A stretch of 61,066 nucleotides of DNA from an uncultured Gammaproteobacteria bacterium (GTDB lineage Bacteria > Patescibacteriota > Patescibacteriia > UBA10025 > JAHIVO01), in assembly GCA_964592105.1 (NCBI GenBank), contig CAZQBL010000017.1:1-61066 (forward strand), written 5' to 3'. Every line of letters starts with the position of its first letter. Within the stretch, counting starts at the first letter, position 1. The notes beneath the pieces were generated by a model. It was not told the DNA's origin and did no database searches. It saw only the letters and a list, made by a program, of their open reading frames with translations. Shown here piece after piece: positions 50,445-61,066 of the stretch. Both the position numbers and the translations under genes were made by a program.

Positions 50445-50483
50445 AAAAGGCCAAAAGAAATTTGTATCGAGTAGGCCTTTTTT
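50445..50483. terminator. bidirectional terminator
   Basis: AAAAGGCC/GGCCTTTT. Confidence 0.5.
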
Positions 50484-50533
50484 GTTTCATAAAAAAAGCT
50501 GCCCTGAGTTTATCGAAGGCGGCTTGCGCGTTT

Positions 50534-51440
50534 TTAATTGGTCAAAAAAGTTGTATCCAAGATGTTTTCCTGAACCTCATAGTCTTTTCAGGGCTTGGGG
50601 AGCATGTCTTCCAGTTTCTAGTTCTTTTTTACCTTCTCAATGTCCCTGGAGAGTTGGTATTTACCATCGGCGCCATACTCCTCGCCAGTGATCGGTTCGA
50701 CGTGAATGAATATCATCTGGGCGACCCGGCGCCCCACGACCAACGGCATCCATTTATACTTGGAACTGTTGGCGAACTCCATGGTCCAGCGGTTGAAAAA
50801 TCCGATATTTTCCTCGCCGGCGCATTATTTGCAGACATCCATGAAGTAGCGACCCATGGTGGAGCGGGCTTTCATGTGGCTGGTAATGATGCCGTAATGG
50901 CCGCCGACGTACTCAATGGTATGGCCAAGGACCGTACCGCCCGGCGAAATGGGGATGACCAGGTCGTGCGGTGAAATGTTGGCCAGTTGGTCAAATTCGT
51001 AATTGTTCTTTTTCAGCCAGATGCGGAATGGTTGAGCGACTTGGACATCTCCCCAAGCCTGCTCCACATCTTCAGGATCGTAGATATTGAAAATCGTTTT
51101 GTCGCCCGAGGGGTTCTGCTCGGCGTAATAGTATTGTCCCGGCCGGACATCATATGTAGTCATGTACAAGTTCCAGGGATTAAACGGCTCAATGACGATA
51201 TTGTCCAGTTCACGGTGGCAGACAATAGCGGTATTGGACAGATTGGCCCGGCCAAAAAGCGCGGCTTTTTCCGCATCGCTCAACTTGCTTATTAGCGTTG
51301 GCGGGAAATCCTTCCCAAAAAATTTTCACCAGTTCAGGGGCTGGCGTTTCCATTAGGACCTGCTTGATCTGATCTTTTAATTTCATCGACATCATCTGTT
51401 TTTTTAATTTAATGAACAATTTATTAAGCCACTTAAACAA
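50534..51440 (-). pseudogene. dcd: dCTP deaminase pseudogene
   Basis: NIVIEPFN, YDVR, LGHTIEYVGG, MKARSTMGR, VCK*CAG, NRWTME, PLVVGRRVAQMIF, GKYQ; in-frame stops at 50825-27 (TAA), 50618-20 (TAG), 50588-90 (TGA); frameshift near 51290. Confidence 0.85.
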
Positions 51441-51504
51441 ATTGGTCGATTGTTTTTAAAACAACTAAATTATCTTTAATTACCGAGGTAAAAAGGCTAT
51501 AATT

Positions 51505-52428
51505 ATGGGCATGACACCCCTGGAAAAATCCATTCTCTCGACTATCAGTTATTTTGATATTTTTGACTTTCCGTTGACTTTCATGGAGATCTGGAAATGG
51601 CTGTGGTTTGATCGTGAACCGCAGGTTTTTCGCCTGGATGAAATTCGAGAGAGTCTGGAGAAGAGCGGATATTTGCAAAAACGTCTTGGAGCGCAAGGTG
51701 GTTTTTATTTTTTAAGGGGACGAGAGGAAATTATTCAAACGCGTCTTGAGCGGTACAGCCTGGCTGAGCTCAAATATCACAAAGCCAAACAAATGATTCG
51801 CTGGTTGCGTTGGTTGCCTTTTGTTAGGATGATCGGTGTCTGCAATACTTTGGCTTTTAATAATAGCCGCCAGGATGCAGACATTGATTTGTTCATTATC
51901 ACCAAGAGACGACGGGTCTGGCAAACCAGATTCTGGGTGACTGGCTGGCTTAAGGTTTTGGGGCTTCGTCCTCGGCCCGATCGAACCCGTGATCGGTTGT
52001 GCGCTTCATTTTTTGTTGATGAGGATCATCTGGATTTGCACGAGTTGGCTATTGCCGACGATATTTATCTGCCGTACTGGATTACGCAGGTAGTGCCGGT
52101 TTATGATGAAGGAGTCTATGATCGATTCATCGCCGCAAACCAGTGGGTTCGTAAACTCATCCCAAATAGTATTCCGGTCATGCCAACTAAGCGTCGCCAG
52201 GTACGGCGGCTGGGTTGGAGCAAGAAGGTGATTAACAGAAAATTTTCTTTGTGGCCAGAGATTATTTTTAGAAAATATCAACTGGCGATAATGCCTGATA
52301 ATTTAAAAAGCAAGATCGGTTTTGGCAGCCAGGTGGTGGTGCAGGACGGGATATTGAAATTTCATGATAATGATCGCCGAGCTCTATTTTTGAAAAGGTG
52401 GCGGGAACGGATGAGTAAGTATCAATAA
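51505..52428 (+). CDS. conserved hypothetical protein with Pol-beta-type nucleotidyltransferase motif
   Basis: RMIGVCNTLAFNNSRQDADIDLFII (hG[G/S]x9-13DhDh-like); N-terminal YFDIFDFPLT..EI helix-turn-helix-like segment. Confidence 0.75.
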   Translation: MGMTPLEKSILSTISYFDIFDFPLTFMEIWKWLWFDREPQVFRLDEIRESLEKSGYLQKRLGAQGGFYFLRGREEIIQTRLERYSLAELKYHKAKQMIRWLRWLPFVRMIGVCNTLAFNNSRQDADIDLFIITKRRRVWQTRFWVTGWLKVLGLRPRPDRTRDRLCASFFVDEDHLDLHELAIADDIYLPYWITQVVPVYDEGVYDRFIAANQWVRKLIPNSIPVMPTKRRQVRRLGWSKKVINRKFSLWPEIIFRKYQLAIMPDNLKSKIGFGSQVVVQDGILKFHDNDRRALFLKRWRERMSKYQ

Positions 52429-52586
52429 AAAAAGGAAATTAATTTTTCGTTGTCGTCATACGTTGTCGGTTTTGTTGTTCGTATCGGTATCGTCTGTGGG
52501 CCTTGTTTTTTTCAGTCTTATAATGACACCGTTTGACGATACGGGCCGCGATAACTACGCCGACTAACAATAACTAGTTAGTAAAA

Positions 52587-53969
52587 ATGAATATACATAA
52601 ATATTTAAATAAAGCGATTGAATATTTTTTTTACCTGTTTGTTGTCCTTTTGCCGTGGCAAACGCGGTGGATCTGGCACCAGGGGTATATCAACGGCGGA
52701 TTGTGGGAATATGGGACCTTCAGTGTTTATATTACTGACTTTTTGTTTTTGGTAATTTTATTTTTATCGTTTTTTCTGAAAAACAGATCAGGTCAGAAAA
52801 TTGGAATTTTCGGTCCCTACTTGTACGGTTTTTTTCTGGTTTGTTTTACTTCAATTTTTTGGACCGTTAATAAAGACGTGTCTTGGTATTTCATCGGTCG
52901 GTTATTACAGGCCTTGCTACTCGTTTGGATTGTTGTTCGCGTGAACGTGAAATGGTCGGCCTTGGCTGTGTTTTTTATACTGTCCGGCGTGGTCCAGGCC
53001 GGCCTGGGTATCTATCAATTTTTTTCCCAGCAAGTTACGGCCAATAAGTGGTTGGGACTGGCGGCGCATGCACCTGATGTTTTAGGGGATTTCGTGGTTC
53101 AGACAGCGTCAGGAAGATTTTTACGGGCTTACGGCAGTTTGCCCTCGCCGAATATCTTGGGAGGATTTTTGGTGGTTTGTTTGGTTTTTTTGATCTGCTT
53201 GATTTTTTATGTCTATGCCCACCATCCGGTCCGGCTCTGGAAGGTAATTGCCATGGCCACCGCCTTTGTTGTAATTTTTCAGGGATTGATTTTCACTTTT
53301 TCCCGTTCGGCTTGGTTGGCGCTGGGCTCAGCTTTAATCAGTATGTTGATAATGTTTTTGTGGCAAGGCGATCGACTCCGCCTGCAAGTTTTGACTAGGG
53401 TCGTAGTCTGGATTGGTTTGATAATTGTTTTTTCCGTAGTTTTGGTGCCCGATGTTTGGCAGACGCGTCTAGCCGGCAGCGGCCGTTTGGAAAATAAATC
53501 GGTGGAAGAACGGGGCAGCGGCATCGGCAATTCGCTAGAAATAATTTCCCAAAATTGGACTCATGGCACGGGTCTTGGCACATATACTCAGGCCCTCCGA
53601 GATTTTTTACCAAACCGAAAGTCCTGGGAGTATCAGCCAGTTCATCTGGTGTACTTGCTGGTGGCTGGCGAGATCGGCTTGTTCGGAGCGGCCTTGCTGC
53701 TTTTGATTATTTTTGAGTTTTTTCGTAAAACACTCAGCAGGTTTAAAAACCGTCACAGAAGTTTTGTGAGTGAGGGGTTTTTGGCAACCAGTTTTTCTTT
53801 TTTAGCTCTATTGGTTGTTTCATTATTCGATCATTACCTGTGGAGTCTGGCTTTTGGCCTAATTTTATTTTGGCTGATGTTTGGCTTATGGGTACGGCAA
53901 TGGTTGGAGGAGGGTCATGCAGGTTTAATAAATGTTCTTGTGGATAAGTTGTTTCATCGAGAGTCTTGA
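52587..53969 (+). CDS. O-antigen ligase (Wzy_C) family membrane protein
   Basis: About 12 TMs; RAYGSLPSPNILGGFL, FTFSRSAW, ERG, GTGLG.Y, PVH.VYLL..GEIGLFG, LFDHY. Confidence 0.9.
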   Translation: MNIHKYLNKAIEYFFYLFVVLLPWQTRWIWHQGYINGGLWEYGTFSVYITDFLFLVILFLSFFLKNRSGQKIGIFGPYLYGFFLVCFTSIFWTVNKDVSWYFIGRLLQALLLVWIVVRVNVKWSALAVFFILSGVVQAGLGIYQFFSQQVTANKWLGLAAHAPDVLGDFVVQTASGRFLRAYGSLPSPNILGGFLVVCLVFLICLIFYVYAHHPVRLWKVIAMATAFVVIFQGLIFTFSRSAWLALGSALISMLIMFLWQGDRLRLQVLTRVVVWIGLIIVFSVVLVPDVWQTRLAGSGRLENKSVEERGSGIGNSLEIISQNWTHGTGLGTYTQALRDFLPNRKSWEYQPVHLVYLLVAGEIGLFGAALLLLIIFEFFRKTLSRFKNRHRSFVSEGFLATSFSFLALLVVSLFDHYLWSLAFGLILFWLMFGLWVRQWLEEGHAGLINVLVDKLFHRES

Positions 53970-54006
53970 CCTATTTTCGTGGCTAATATAAAATAAGTAA
54001 TGCAGA

Positions 54007-54033
54007 TTAGCACTCTCATATTTAGAGTGCTAA
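54007..54033. promoter_or_regulatory. CIRCE element (HrcA operator)
   Basis: TTAGCACTC-N9-GAGTGCTAA, perfect, upstream of groES. Confidence 0.97.
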
Positions 54034-54076
54034 TTTAAGCCAAAAATTTAAATAATAATTAACTTGTGGATAACTT

Positions 54077-54352
54077 ATGAAACTTAAACCATTAGGCGAT
54101 CGTATTATCGTCAAGGCAGTCACCCAAGAAGAGGTGACCAAATCCGGCATTATCATTCCAGACACGGTAGAAAAAGAAAAAAAAGAAGAAGGAGAAATCG
54201 TGGCCGTCGGCGACGGCGAAAAAGTAAAAAAACTCGGTCTAAAATCAGGCGACCGGGTAATTTTCGGTAAGTACTCCGGCGAGGAAGTGAAGATTGATGA
54301 AGTGGAGTACAAAGTTTTGAAAGAGGAAGATGTATTAGCGAAGATTGAATAA
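54077..54352 (+). CDS. groES: co-chaperonin GroES
   Basis: LKPLGDRI, TKSGIIIPDT, GEIVAVG, KYSGEEVK. Confidence 0.98.
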   Translation: MKLKPLGDRIIVKAVTQEEVTKSGIIIPDTVEKEKKEEGEIVAVGDGEKVKKLGLKSGDRVIFGKYSGEEVKIDEVEYKVLKEEDVLAKIE

Positions 54353-54411
54353 CCGTCGCGAATCTTATTTTCACGAATTTCGCGAATTAAAATTGCGCAA
54401 TAAATTATTAA

Positions 54412-56067
<1,656 letters not shown>

Positions 56068-56072
56068 GCCCT

Positions 56073-56169
56073 ATGAGAAGGCAACCTACGGTTTCCTTCT
56101 CATCACTCATTCTTCCCTGAGTGGAGTCGTTCGGTCGACGTGAAGTCGTCCCTCGCGATGATTCAGAAG
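56073..56169. repeat. dispersed structured repeat, copy 2 (related to 19222-19360)
   Basis: ATGAGAAGG..CCTTCTCATCACT...GATTCAGAAG. Confidence 0.55.
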
Positions 56170-56364
56170 TAAAGCCCATGAGACCCGTGAGCTCGCGATG
56201 ATTAGAAATTAGTTTTTATTGATTGGTAATTTGAGTCCGAGCGTACCCTTTAGGGTGCGCTCCAATCAATCAGTTCGCAAGGTTTAATAATTATATCAGT
56301 TGTTCCTTTTAGATATAAAACAAGACCCGTTTCTCAAAAAGAAGCGGGTTTTGTGATGGTAAAG

Positions 56365-56541
56365 TTAACGAATACCAAAGGTGCCAAAAGACCATGAGGC
56401 AATGTCTTTAAGTCCGCCTGAAAGGATTCCCCGCACTAGCATAACCACAATGAAAGCAATTCCGAGCCAGGAGCCAACTTTTGCATAGATTAGGGCTTCA
56501 TGATTGATTCGTTGTTTGGGCAGTGTCACTTGTGCCTCCAT
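56365..56541 (-). CDS. 58-aa single-pass membrane microprotein
   Basis: MEAQVTLPKQRINHEALIYAKVGSWLGIAFIVVMLVRGILSGGLKDIASWSFGTFGIR; below the ORF-track cutoff. Confidence 0.5.
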   Translation of the reverse strand: MEAQVTLPKQRINHEALIYAKVGSWLGIAFIVVMLVRGILSGGLKDIASWSFGTFGIR

Positions 56542-56943
56542 GTTTAAGTTGCGATTTAGTTTAGTTAAACTTAGTTTATTTTGTGATGTTTGTTAAGATG
56601 CTTGTCCGCTTTTCTGCTCGTCCAGAAAAGCGGCTGAAAAGAGACGTCGTCCTACTTCGTAGTCATGAAAATTGGGTTTATTGTCGCTTTTAACCCAAAC
56701 TCGCCGCGGCCGGCTCCGTATATTAGAATGCGGAGCGAGCGGAATAAAATCTCACCAGAGAAGCGAAACCACTCTGATTCGCCACGATTTTACCACGATT
56801 ACTCTGCGAAGGGCGGCTTGTTTAGGTAAGAAGAGTGTCTTTTTTTGAAGTAGGAATAAGTAGTTTTGTTGTGGTTGTCAAGGGCGCCAATTTGCCGTAT
56901 ACTAAATAATGAATATTAGTGATAATTGTTAACAGGTGAGTTT

Positions 56944-57420
56944 ATGGCAGAGCAGTTTGAGGCACAAATGAATGACGCGACAAGACCGGATTCGCTGATT
57001 GCCGGCAAGGATATTGTCTTTTATTGGAAAGCTAGTCGGTTGTTTATTATCTTGTTGGTTATTTTGGAAATTATTAATGTAGTTTTAAACCGTATACCTT
57101 ACGGCACTTGGCTGGCAGTGGCTTTGGTCTCCGTGCTTTTTACTTGGTGGTTGCTGAGGCGCTTTCGAGTAAAGTTAGGCGTGGTTATAGTTGCCAATGT
57201 TATTTTTGGTTTATGTTCCGGATTATTGATGGCCATTTTCGAGATTATCTGGCTGCATCAATGGTGGTATGCTCTAAATTTGATCCGGCGGCCGATTTTA
57301 TTGGCTGTGACCGCGGCTATTATCGCGGGATTTTTTTATCTTATTTTTCAGGGAATTATAAATAAGAATAAAATTAGTGAGCCGAAAGGAGGTGGGATTT
57401 ATGGAGGAAATAAAACCTAA
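56944..57420 (+). CDS. multi-pass membrane protein, unknown function
   Basis: Four hydrophobic helices; promoter TTGTCA-17-TATACT upstream. Confidence 0.75.
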   Translation: MAEQFEAQMNDATRPDSLIAGKDIVFYWKASRLFIILLVILEIINVVLNRIPYGTWLAVALVSVLFTWWLLRRFRVKLGVVIVANVIFGLCSGLLMAIFEIIWLHQWWYALNLIRRPILLAVTAAIIAGFFYLIFQGIINKNKISEPKGGGIYGGNKT

Positions 57421-57718
57421 GCCGGGCAGTTCGGATAGTAATCTAATGGCCGCCCTGTCTTATATCTGGATAGTCAGCGTTATCATGCTGGTTCTCAAGA
57501 AGGACGATGAATTTATTAAATTTCATGCCAAACAAGCAACAGTGCTGTTTATTTTGTCAGTGGCCGCAATGATTTTATCGCCGATACTGTTTCCGATTGG
57601 TTTAATCGTCTGGCTTTTTGTGATTGTGATGTGCATTTTGGGCTTCATTAAAGCTCTAGGCGGAGATCGTTACAAGCTCTGGTTGATTGGTGATTTGGCC
57701 GAGAAGATCAAGATATAG
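57401..57718 (+). CDS. DUF4870-like small membrane protein
   Basis: AALSYIW..S...L.LKKDD.FIKFHAKQA..L; SD GAAAGGAGG before ATG 57401. Confidence 0.85.
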   Translation: MEEIKPKPGSSDSNLMAALSYIWIVSVIMLVLKKDDEFIKFHAKQATVLFILSVAAMILSPILFPIGLIVWLFVIVMCILGFIKALGGDRYKLWLIGDLAEKIKI

Positions 57719-57750
57719 CTTTATTACTGTAAAATAGGAAAAATTATTTT

Positions 57751-57780
57751 AAGGCTCGAAATTTTTATTTCGAGCTTTTT
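57751..57780 (+). terminator. intrinsic terminator
   Basis: AAGGCTCGAAAT/ATTTCGAGCTTT stem plus T-run. Confidence 0.7.
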
Positions 57781-57979
57781 GATTTATGAGAAGACAAATG
57801 AGGGTTTTTTGTTTCACCAACAAACAAGCTCTTTTCGTCGCTCGCCTTGCCTATAGGGTTGTACCCAGGTGCGAATTTAATTATAGTTAATTACACTAAA
57901 ATTATCCGACCGATGTGTTTTTGTAACATATATGTTATAATAAATACCGTCTAAAAAGTATTCTTTTAATTCATTCATT

Positions 57980-60361
57980 ATGTCGACCCAAAAACAAAAA
58001 AAACATATCGTCTGGTTTAAGGAACTGGGCATTAAAGACGTGCCTTTGGTTGGCGGAAAAAATGCCAGTTTAGGAGAAATGTATCGAATGCTCGATACAA
58101 AAGGCGTCAATGTACCAAACGGCTTTGCGGTGACCGCTATTGCTTATCATTATTTTTTGGAAAAAGCGGGAATCAAAAAAGAAATTAGGCGGATATTGTC
58201 GGATTTGAATACTCGCAACATGAAAAATTTGTCCGACCGGGGTGCTCGGGTGCGCCAGACCATTCTCCGTGCCAAACTGCCCCTGGATCTGCAGGAAGAA
58301 ATTGCCAATGCCTATCAACTCATGGAAAAGGAGTACGGCAAGAATTGCGATGTAGCAGTCAGGTCAAGTGCCACGGCTGAAGATTTACCTGATGCCTCGT
58401 TTGCTGGCCAGCAGGAGACCTACCTGGATATCCGCGGAACGCAAAAACTGATAGAGGCTTGTAAAAAATGTTTTGCCTCATTATTTACCAATCGAGCAAT
58501 TTCTTATCGCGAAGATAAGGGCTTTGATCATTTCAAAATAGGTTTATCCATCGGGGTACAGAAGATGGTTCGATCTGATAAGGCCTGTTCAGGCGTGATG
58601 TTTTCCATAGATACGGAAACCGGTTTTCGCAATGCGGTTTTGATCAATGGGGCTTGGGGTTTGGGCGAGAATATCGTCCAAGGTACGGTTACCCCGGATG
58701 AATTTTATGTGTTTAAGCCGACACTCAAGACGCATAAACCCATCTTGACCAAGAAACTCGGGGCCAAAGAGGTAAAAATGATATATGCCTCCGGCCCAAA
58801 ACCGACCAAGAATATTCCGACTACGGATCAGGAAAAAAATTCGTATGTTTTGTCGGACAAAGAAATTTTACAATTAGCCAAATGGGCGGTGATTATTGAG
58901 GAGCATTACAAAAAGCCCATGGATATGGAGTGGGCTAAAGATGGGTTGACCGACAAGTTATATATTGTTCAGGCCCGTCCGGAGACTGTGCAATCGCGGC
59001 GTGACGTGACAGTGCTGGAAGAATATATTTTGGGTAAACGCGGAAAAGTTATTGTGACTGGTTCGCCAGTCGCGGCAAAAGTCGGAACTGGACAGGCGCA
59101 CATAATTTTAGACGCCAAGCAGATTGGGCAATTTAAAAAAGGTGAAGTGCTAGTGACTGATATGACTGACCCAGATTGGGAGCCGATTATGAAAATCGCC
59201 TCGGCGATTGTGACAAATCGGGGCGGTCGGACCTGTCACGCGGCCATTATTTCCCGGGAGTTAGGCATTCCCTGCATTGTGGGCACGGGTAATGCCACTC
59301 GGAAAATAAAAACTGGCAAAAATGTGACTGTTTCCTGTGTTGAGGGCGAAAAAGGTTTCGTCTACGAAGGAATTTTGCCATATAAGGTTAAAAAAACTAA
59401 TTTAAAGAACCTCAAGCGGCCACGGACAAAAATTATGATGAATGTCGGTACGCCGGAACAGGCTTTTGCCGAGAGCTTTATTCCCAATGACGGGGTTGGC
59501 TTGGCCCGCATGGAATTTATCATCATGAGTTATATCAAGATCCATCCCCTGGCCCTAATCAATTATCCGCATTTAAAGGATAAAAAAGCAATCAGGAACA
59601 TCAAGAAGATAACCAAACTATACAAAGACAAGAAGCAGTTTTTTGTGGATCAGTTAGCTTCAGGCGTGGCCATGATCGCCGCTGCTTATTATCCCAAGGA
59701 CGTAATTTTGCGCTTCTCGGATTTCAAGACTAATGAGTATGCTAATTTAATTGGTGGAGCTGAGTTCGAACCAAAAGAAGATAATCCCATGATCGGTTGG
59801 CGCGGGGCCTCGCGGTATTATGATAATAATTACCGGGCTGGATTTGCCCTGGAGTGCCAAGCCATTAAGAAAGTTCGCGATGAAATGGGTCTAACGAATT
59901 TGAAAGTAATGATTCCATTCTGCCGGACTATCAAAGAGGGGAAACAGGTTATCGCTGAGATGGCTAAAAATGGTTTGCGTCAGCACGAACGGGGGTTGGA
60001 GGTCTATGTGATGTGCGAGATACCTTCAAATGTTGTACTGGCTAAAGAATTTTCCAAGATATTTGATGGTTTTTCTATCGGTTCAAATGATTTAACCCAG
60101 TTGACTCTTGGTGTAGATCGCGATTCCGAACTGGTTGCTCATATTTACGACGAACGTAATGAAGCAGTCAAAACATTGTTGCGCCAAGTGATTCGGACGG
60201 CCAAACAATATAAACGCAAAATCGGTATTTGCGGTCAGGCGCCGTCCGACTATCCCGATTTTGCCCAGTTTCTGGCCCGAGAAAAAATAGACAGTATCTC
60301 TTTGAATCCTGATACTGTCATTAAAACTACATTGGCTATTTTAAAAGCTGAAAAGAAATAA
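57980..60361 (+). CDS. ppsA: phosphoenolpyruvate synthase (pyruvate, water dikinase)
   Basis: VGGKNASLGEM, AVRSSATAEDLPDASFAGQQET, GGRTCHAAI, GWRGASRY, SIGSNDLTQ. Confidence 0.98.
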   Translation: MSTQKQKKHIVWFKELGIKDVPLVGGKNASLGEMYRMLDTKGVNVPNGFAVTAIAYHYFLEKAGIKKEIRRILSDLNTRNMKNLSDRGARVRQTILRAKLPLDLQEEIANAYQLMEKEYGKNCDVAVRSSATAEDLPDASFAGQQETYLDIRGTQKLIEACKKCFASLFTNRAISYREDKGFDHFKIGLSIGVQKMVRSDKACSGVMFSIDTETGFRNAVLINGAWGLGENIVQGTVTPDEFYVFKPTLKTHKPILTKKLGAKEVKMIYASGPKPTKNIPTTDQEKNSYVLSDKEILQLAKWAVIIEEHYKKPMDMEWAKDGLTDKLYIVQARPETVQSRRDVTVLEEYILGKRGKVIVTGSPVAAKVGTGQAHIILDAKQIGQFKKGEVLVTDMTDPDWEPIMKIASAIVTNRGGRTCHAAIISRELGIPCIVGTGNATRKIKTGKNVTVSCVEGEKGFVYEGILPYKVKKTNLKNLKRPRTKIMMNVGTPEQAFAESFIPNDGVGLARMEFIIMSYIKIHPLALINYPHLKDKKAIRNIKKITKLYKDKKQFFVDQLASGVAMIAAAYYPKDVILRFSDFKTNEYANLIGGAEFEPKEDNPMIGWRGASRYYDNNYRAGFALECQAIKKVRDEMGLTNLKVMIPFCRTIKEGKQVIAEMAKNGLRQHERGLEVYVMCEIPSNVVLAKEFSKIFDGFSIGSNDLTQLTLGVDRDSELVAHIYDERNEAVKTLLRQVIRTAKQYKRKIGICGQAPSDYPDFAQFLAREKIDSISLNPDTVIKTTLAILKAEKK

Positions 60362-60380
60362 TCCAATTCTTAAAGAATAT

Positions 60381-60413
60381 AAAAAAGGCGATCTCAGGGG
60401 AGGCCGCCTTTTT
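60381..60413 (+). terminator. intrinsic terminator after ppsA
   Basis: AAAAGGCG/CGCCTTTT. Confidence 0.65.
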
Positions 60414-61016
60414 GAGGACAGGAACGCAAATCGGCAGAATTCAAGCGTTAATAACAGGGTGATTATTGATAGGTCAGGGGCATTAGTCGGTTTCGGCGGT
60501 TTTGGATTTTAATTCAGAAGGGTTAGTTATGTCGGCAATTCGTTTCCAAATCAAAATACAAAAAGTTATGGGTTATTAGCTGAGCCTTATTGTTAGTTTA
60601 TCAAGCGATGGAGGTAGCCGTGCGTTAACCGTTCCGTCATTCGGATTTCCCGAAAAGTCAGGGATGTGAAAAAAATGTGTGTTTCCGGAGAGCAGGGGCC
60701 TTTGATAACCGCCAAAATAATCAGATTTGGCAAAGTTAAAAAGACGTGTTATCATTTCACTTCTACTCGCGCCTTAACAAGCTAATAGAAGTTGTCAAGG
60801 GGGGCCGGATCTATTGAGAGTAAAATTACCGATGATAACTCTTTTCTTTTGACTTACAAAATGTTGTGATATACTGATTTTAAGATCATTTTTTAAATTT
60901 TCTTTCTCTTATGGTTACCAGCCAAAAAAAGATTGCTTTTTTGTTCTAATTTCGCCGGCTTCTTTAGAAGGGGTTGGTTTGGTGTTTAGTGATATAAAAA
61001 ACATTTGATTTTTTAT

Positions 61017-61066
61017 GGAGAGGTCGCATAGTGGCCGAGTGCGTCTGCTTGGAGAGCAGATAAGCC
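61017..61066 (+). tRNA. tRNA-Ser (anticodon GGA), truncated by the window end
   Basis: GGAGAGGTCGCATAGTGGCCGAGTGCG TCTGC-TTGGAGA-GCAGA. Confidence 0.9.

Noticed and set aside
25211-50827. Alternative genetic code (TGA or TAG read-through) to explain in-frame stops
   Set aside because: TGA, TAG and TAA all end intact genes here, and the broken genes also carry frameshifts
60420-60760. Minus-strand 53-codon ORF followed by many stops downstream of ppsA
   Set aside because: No family recognised; could be a decayed gene or chance

Overview
A 61-kb bacterial chromosomal segment made mostly of housekeeping genes: metK, murE, rpoB-rpoC, ftsK, recA, plsX, a phosphomannomutase, glyA, folD, rsmE, ychF, rpsF-ssb-rpsR, efp, trpS, RNase J, secG, uvrC/uvrA, groES-groEL and ppsA. 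It also holds tRNA-Leu(CAG) and the start of tRNA-Ser(GGA). The compact rpoB, the mostly SD-less AT-rich start regions, the orphan peptide-binding protein and the gene set suggest a Patescibacteria (CPR) genome; this is inference, not a database result. The main highlights are: (1) an Elp3 radical-SAM/KAT gene and a Trm9/ALKBH8-like methyltransferase placed head-to-head with abutting start codons (CATATG), which would form an archaeal/eukaryote-type wobble-uridine (cm5U to mcm5U) pathway, plus a Trm11-like methylase 12 kb away; (2) surface-protein genes of a type known from FCB-group/Zixibacteria, namely an intact LVIVD-TSP3-dockerin protein and a frameshifted protein with a T9SS-type C-terminal domain; (3) a SAM-I riboswitch with a ~92-nt P3 insertion, preceded by an unknown promoter-and-terminator-bounded ~170-nt RNA; (4) a stand-alone plsX; (5) several decaying accessory genes, including a dCTP deaminase pseudogene; (6) dispersed palindromic and degenerate hairpin repeats; and (7) a 15-nt perfect complement of a common 16S rRNA 3' tail with no downstream start codon. 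No CRISPR array, rRNA, integrase or transposase was seen. All family assignments come from motif recognition by eye.
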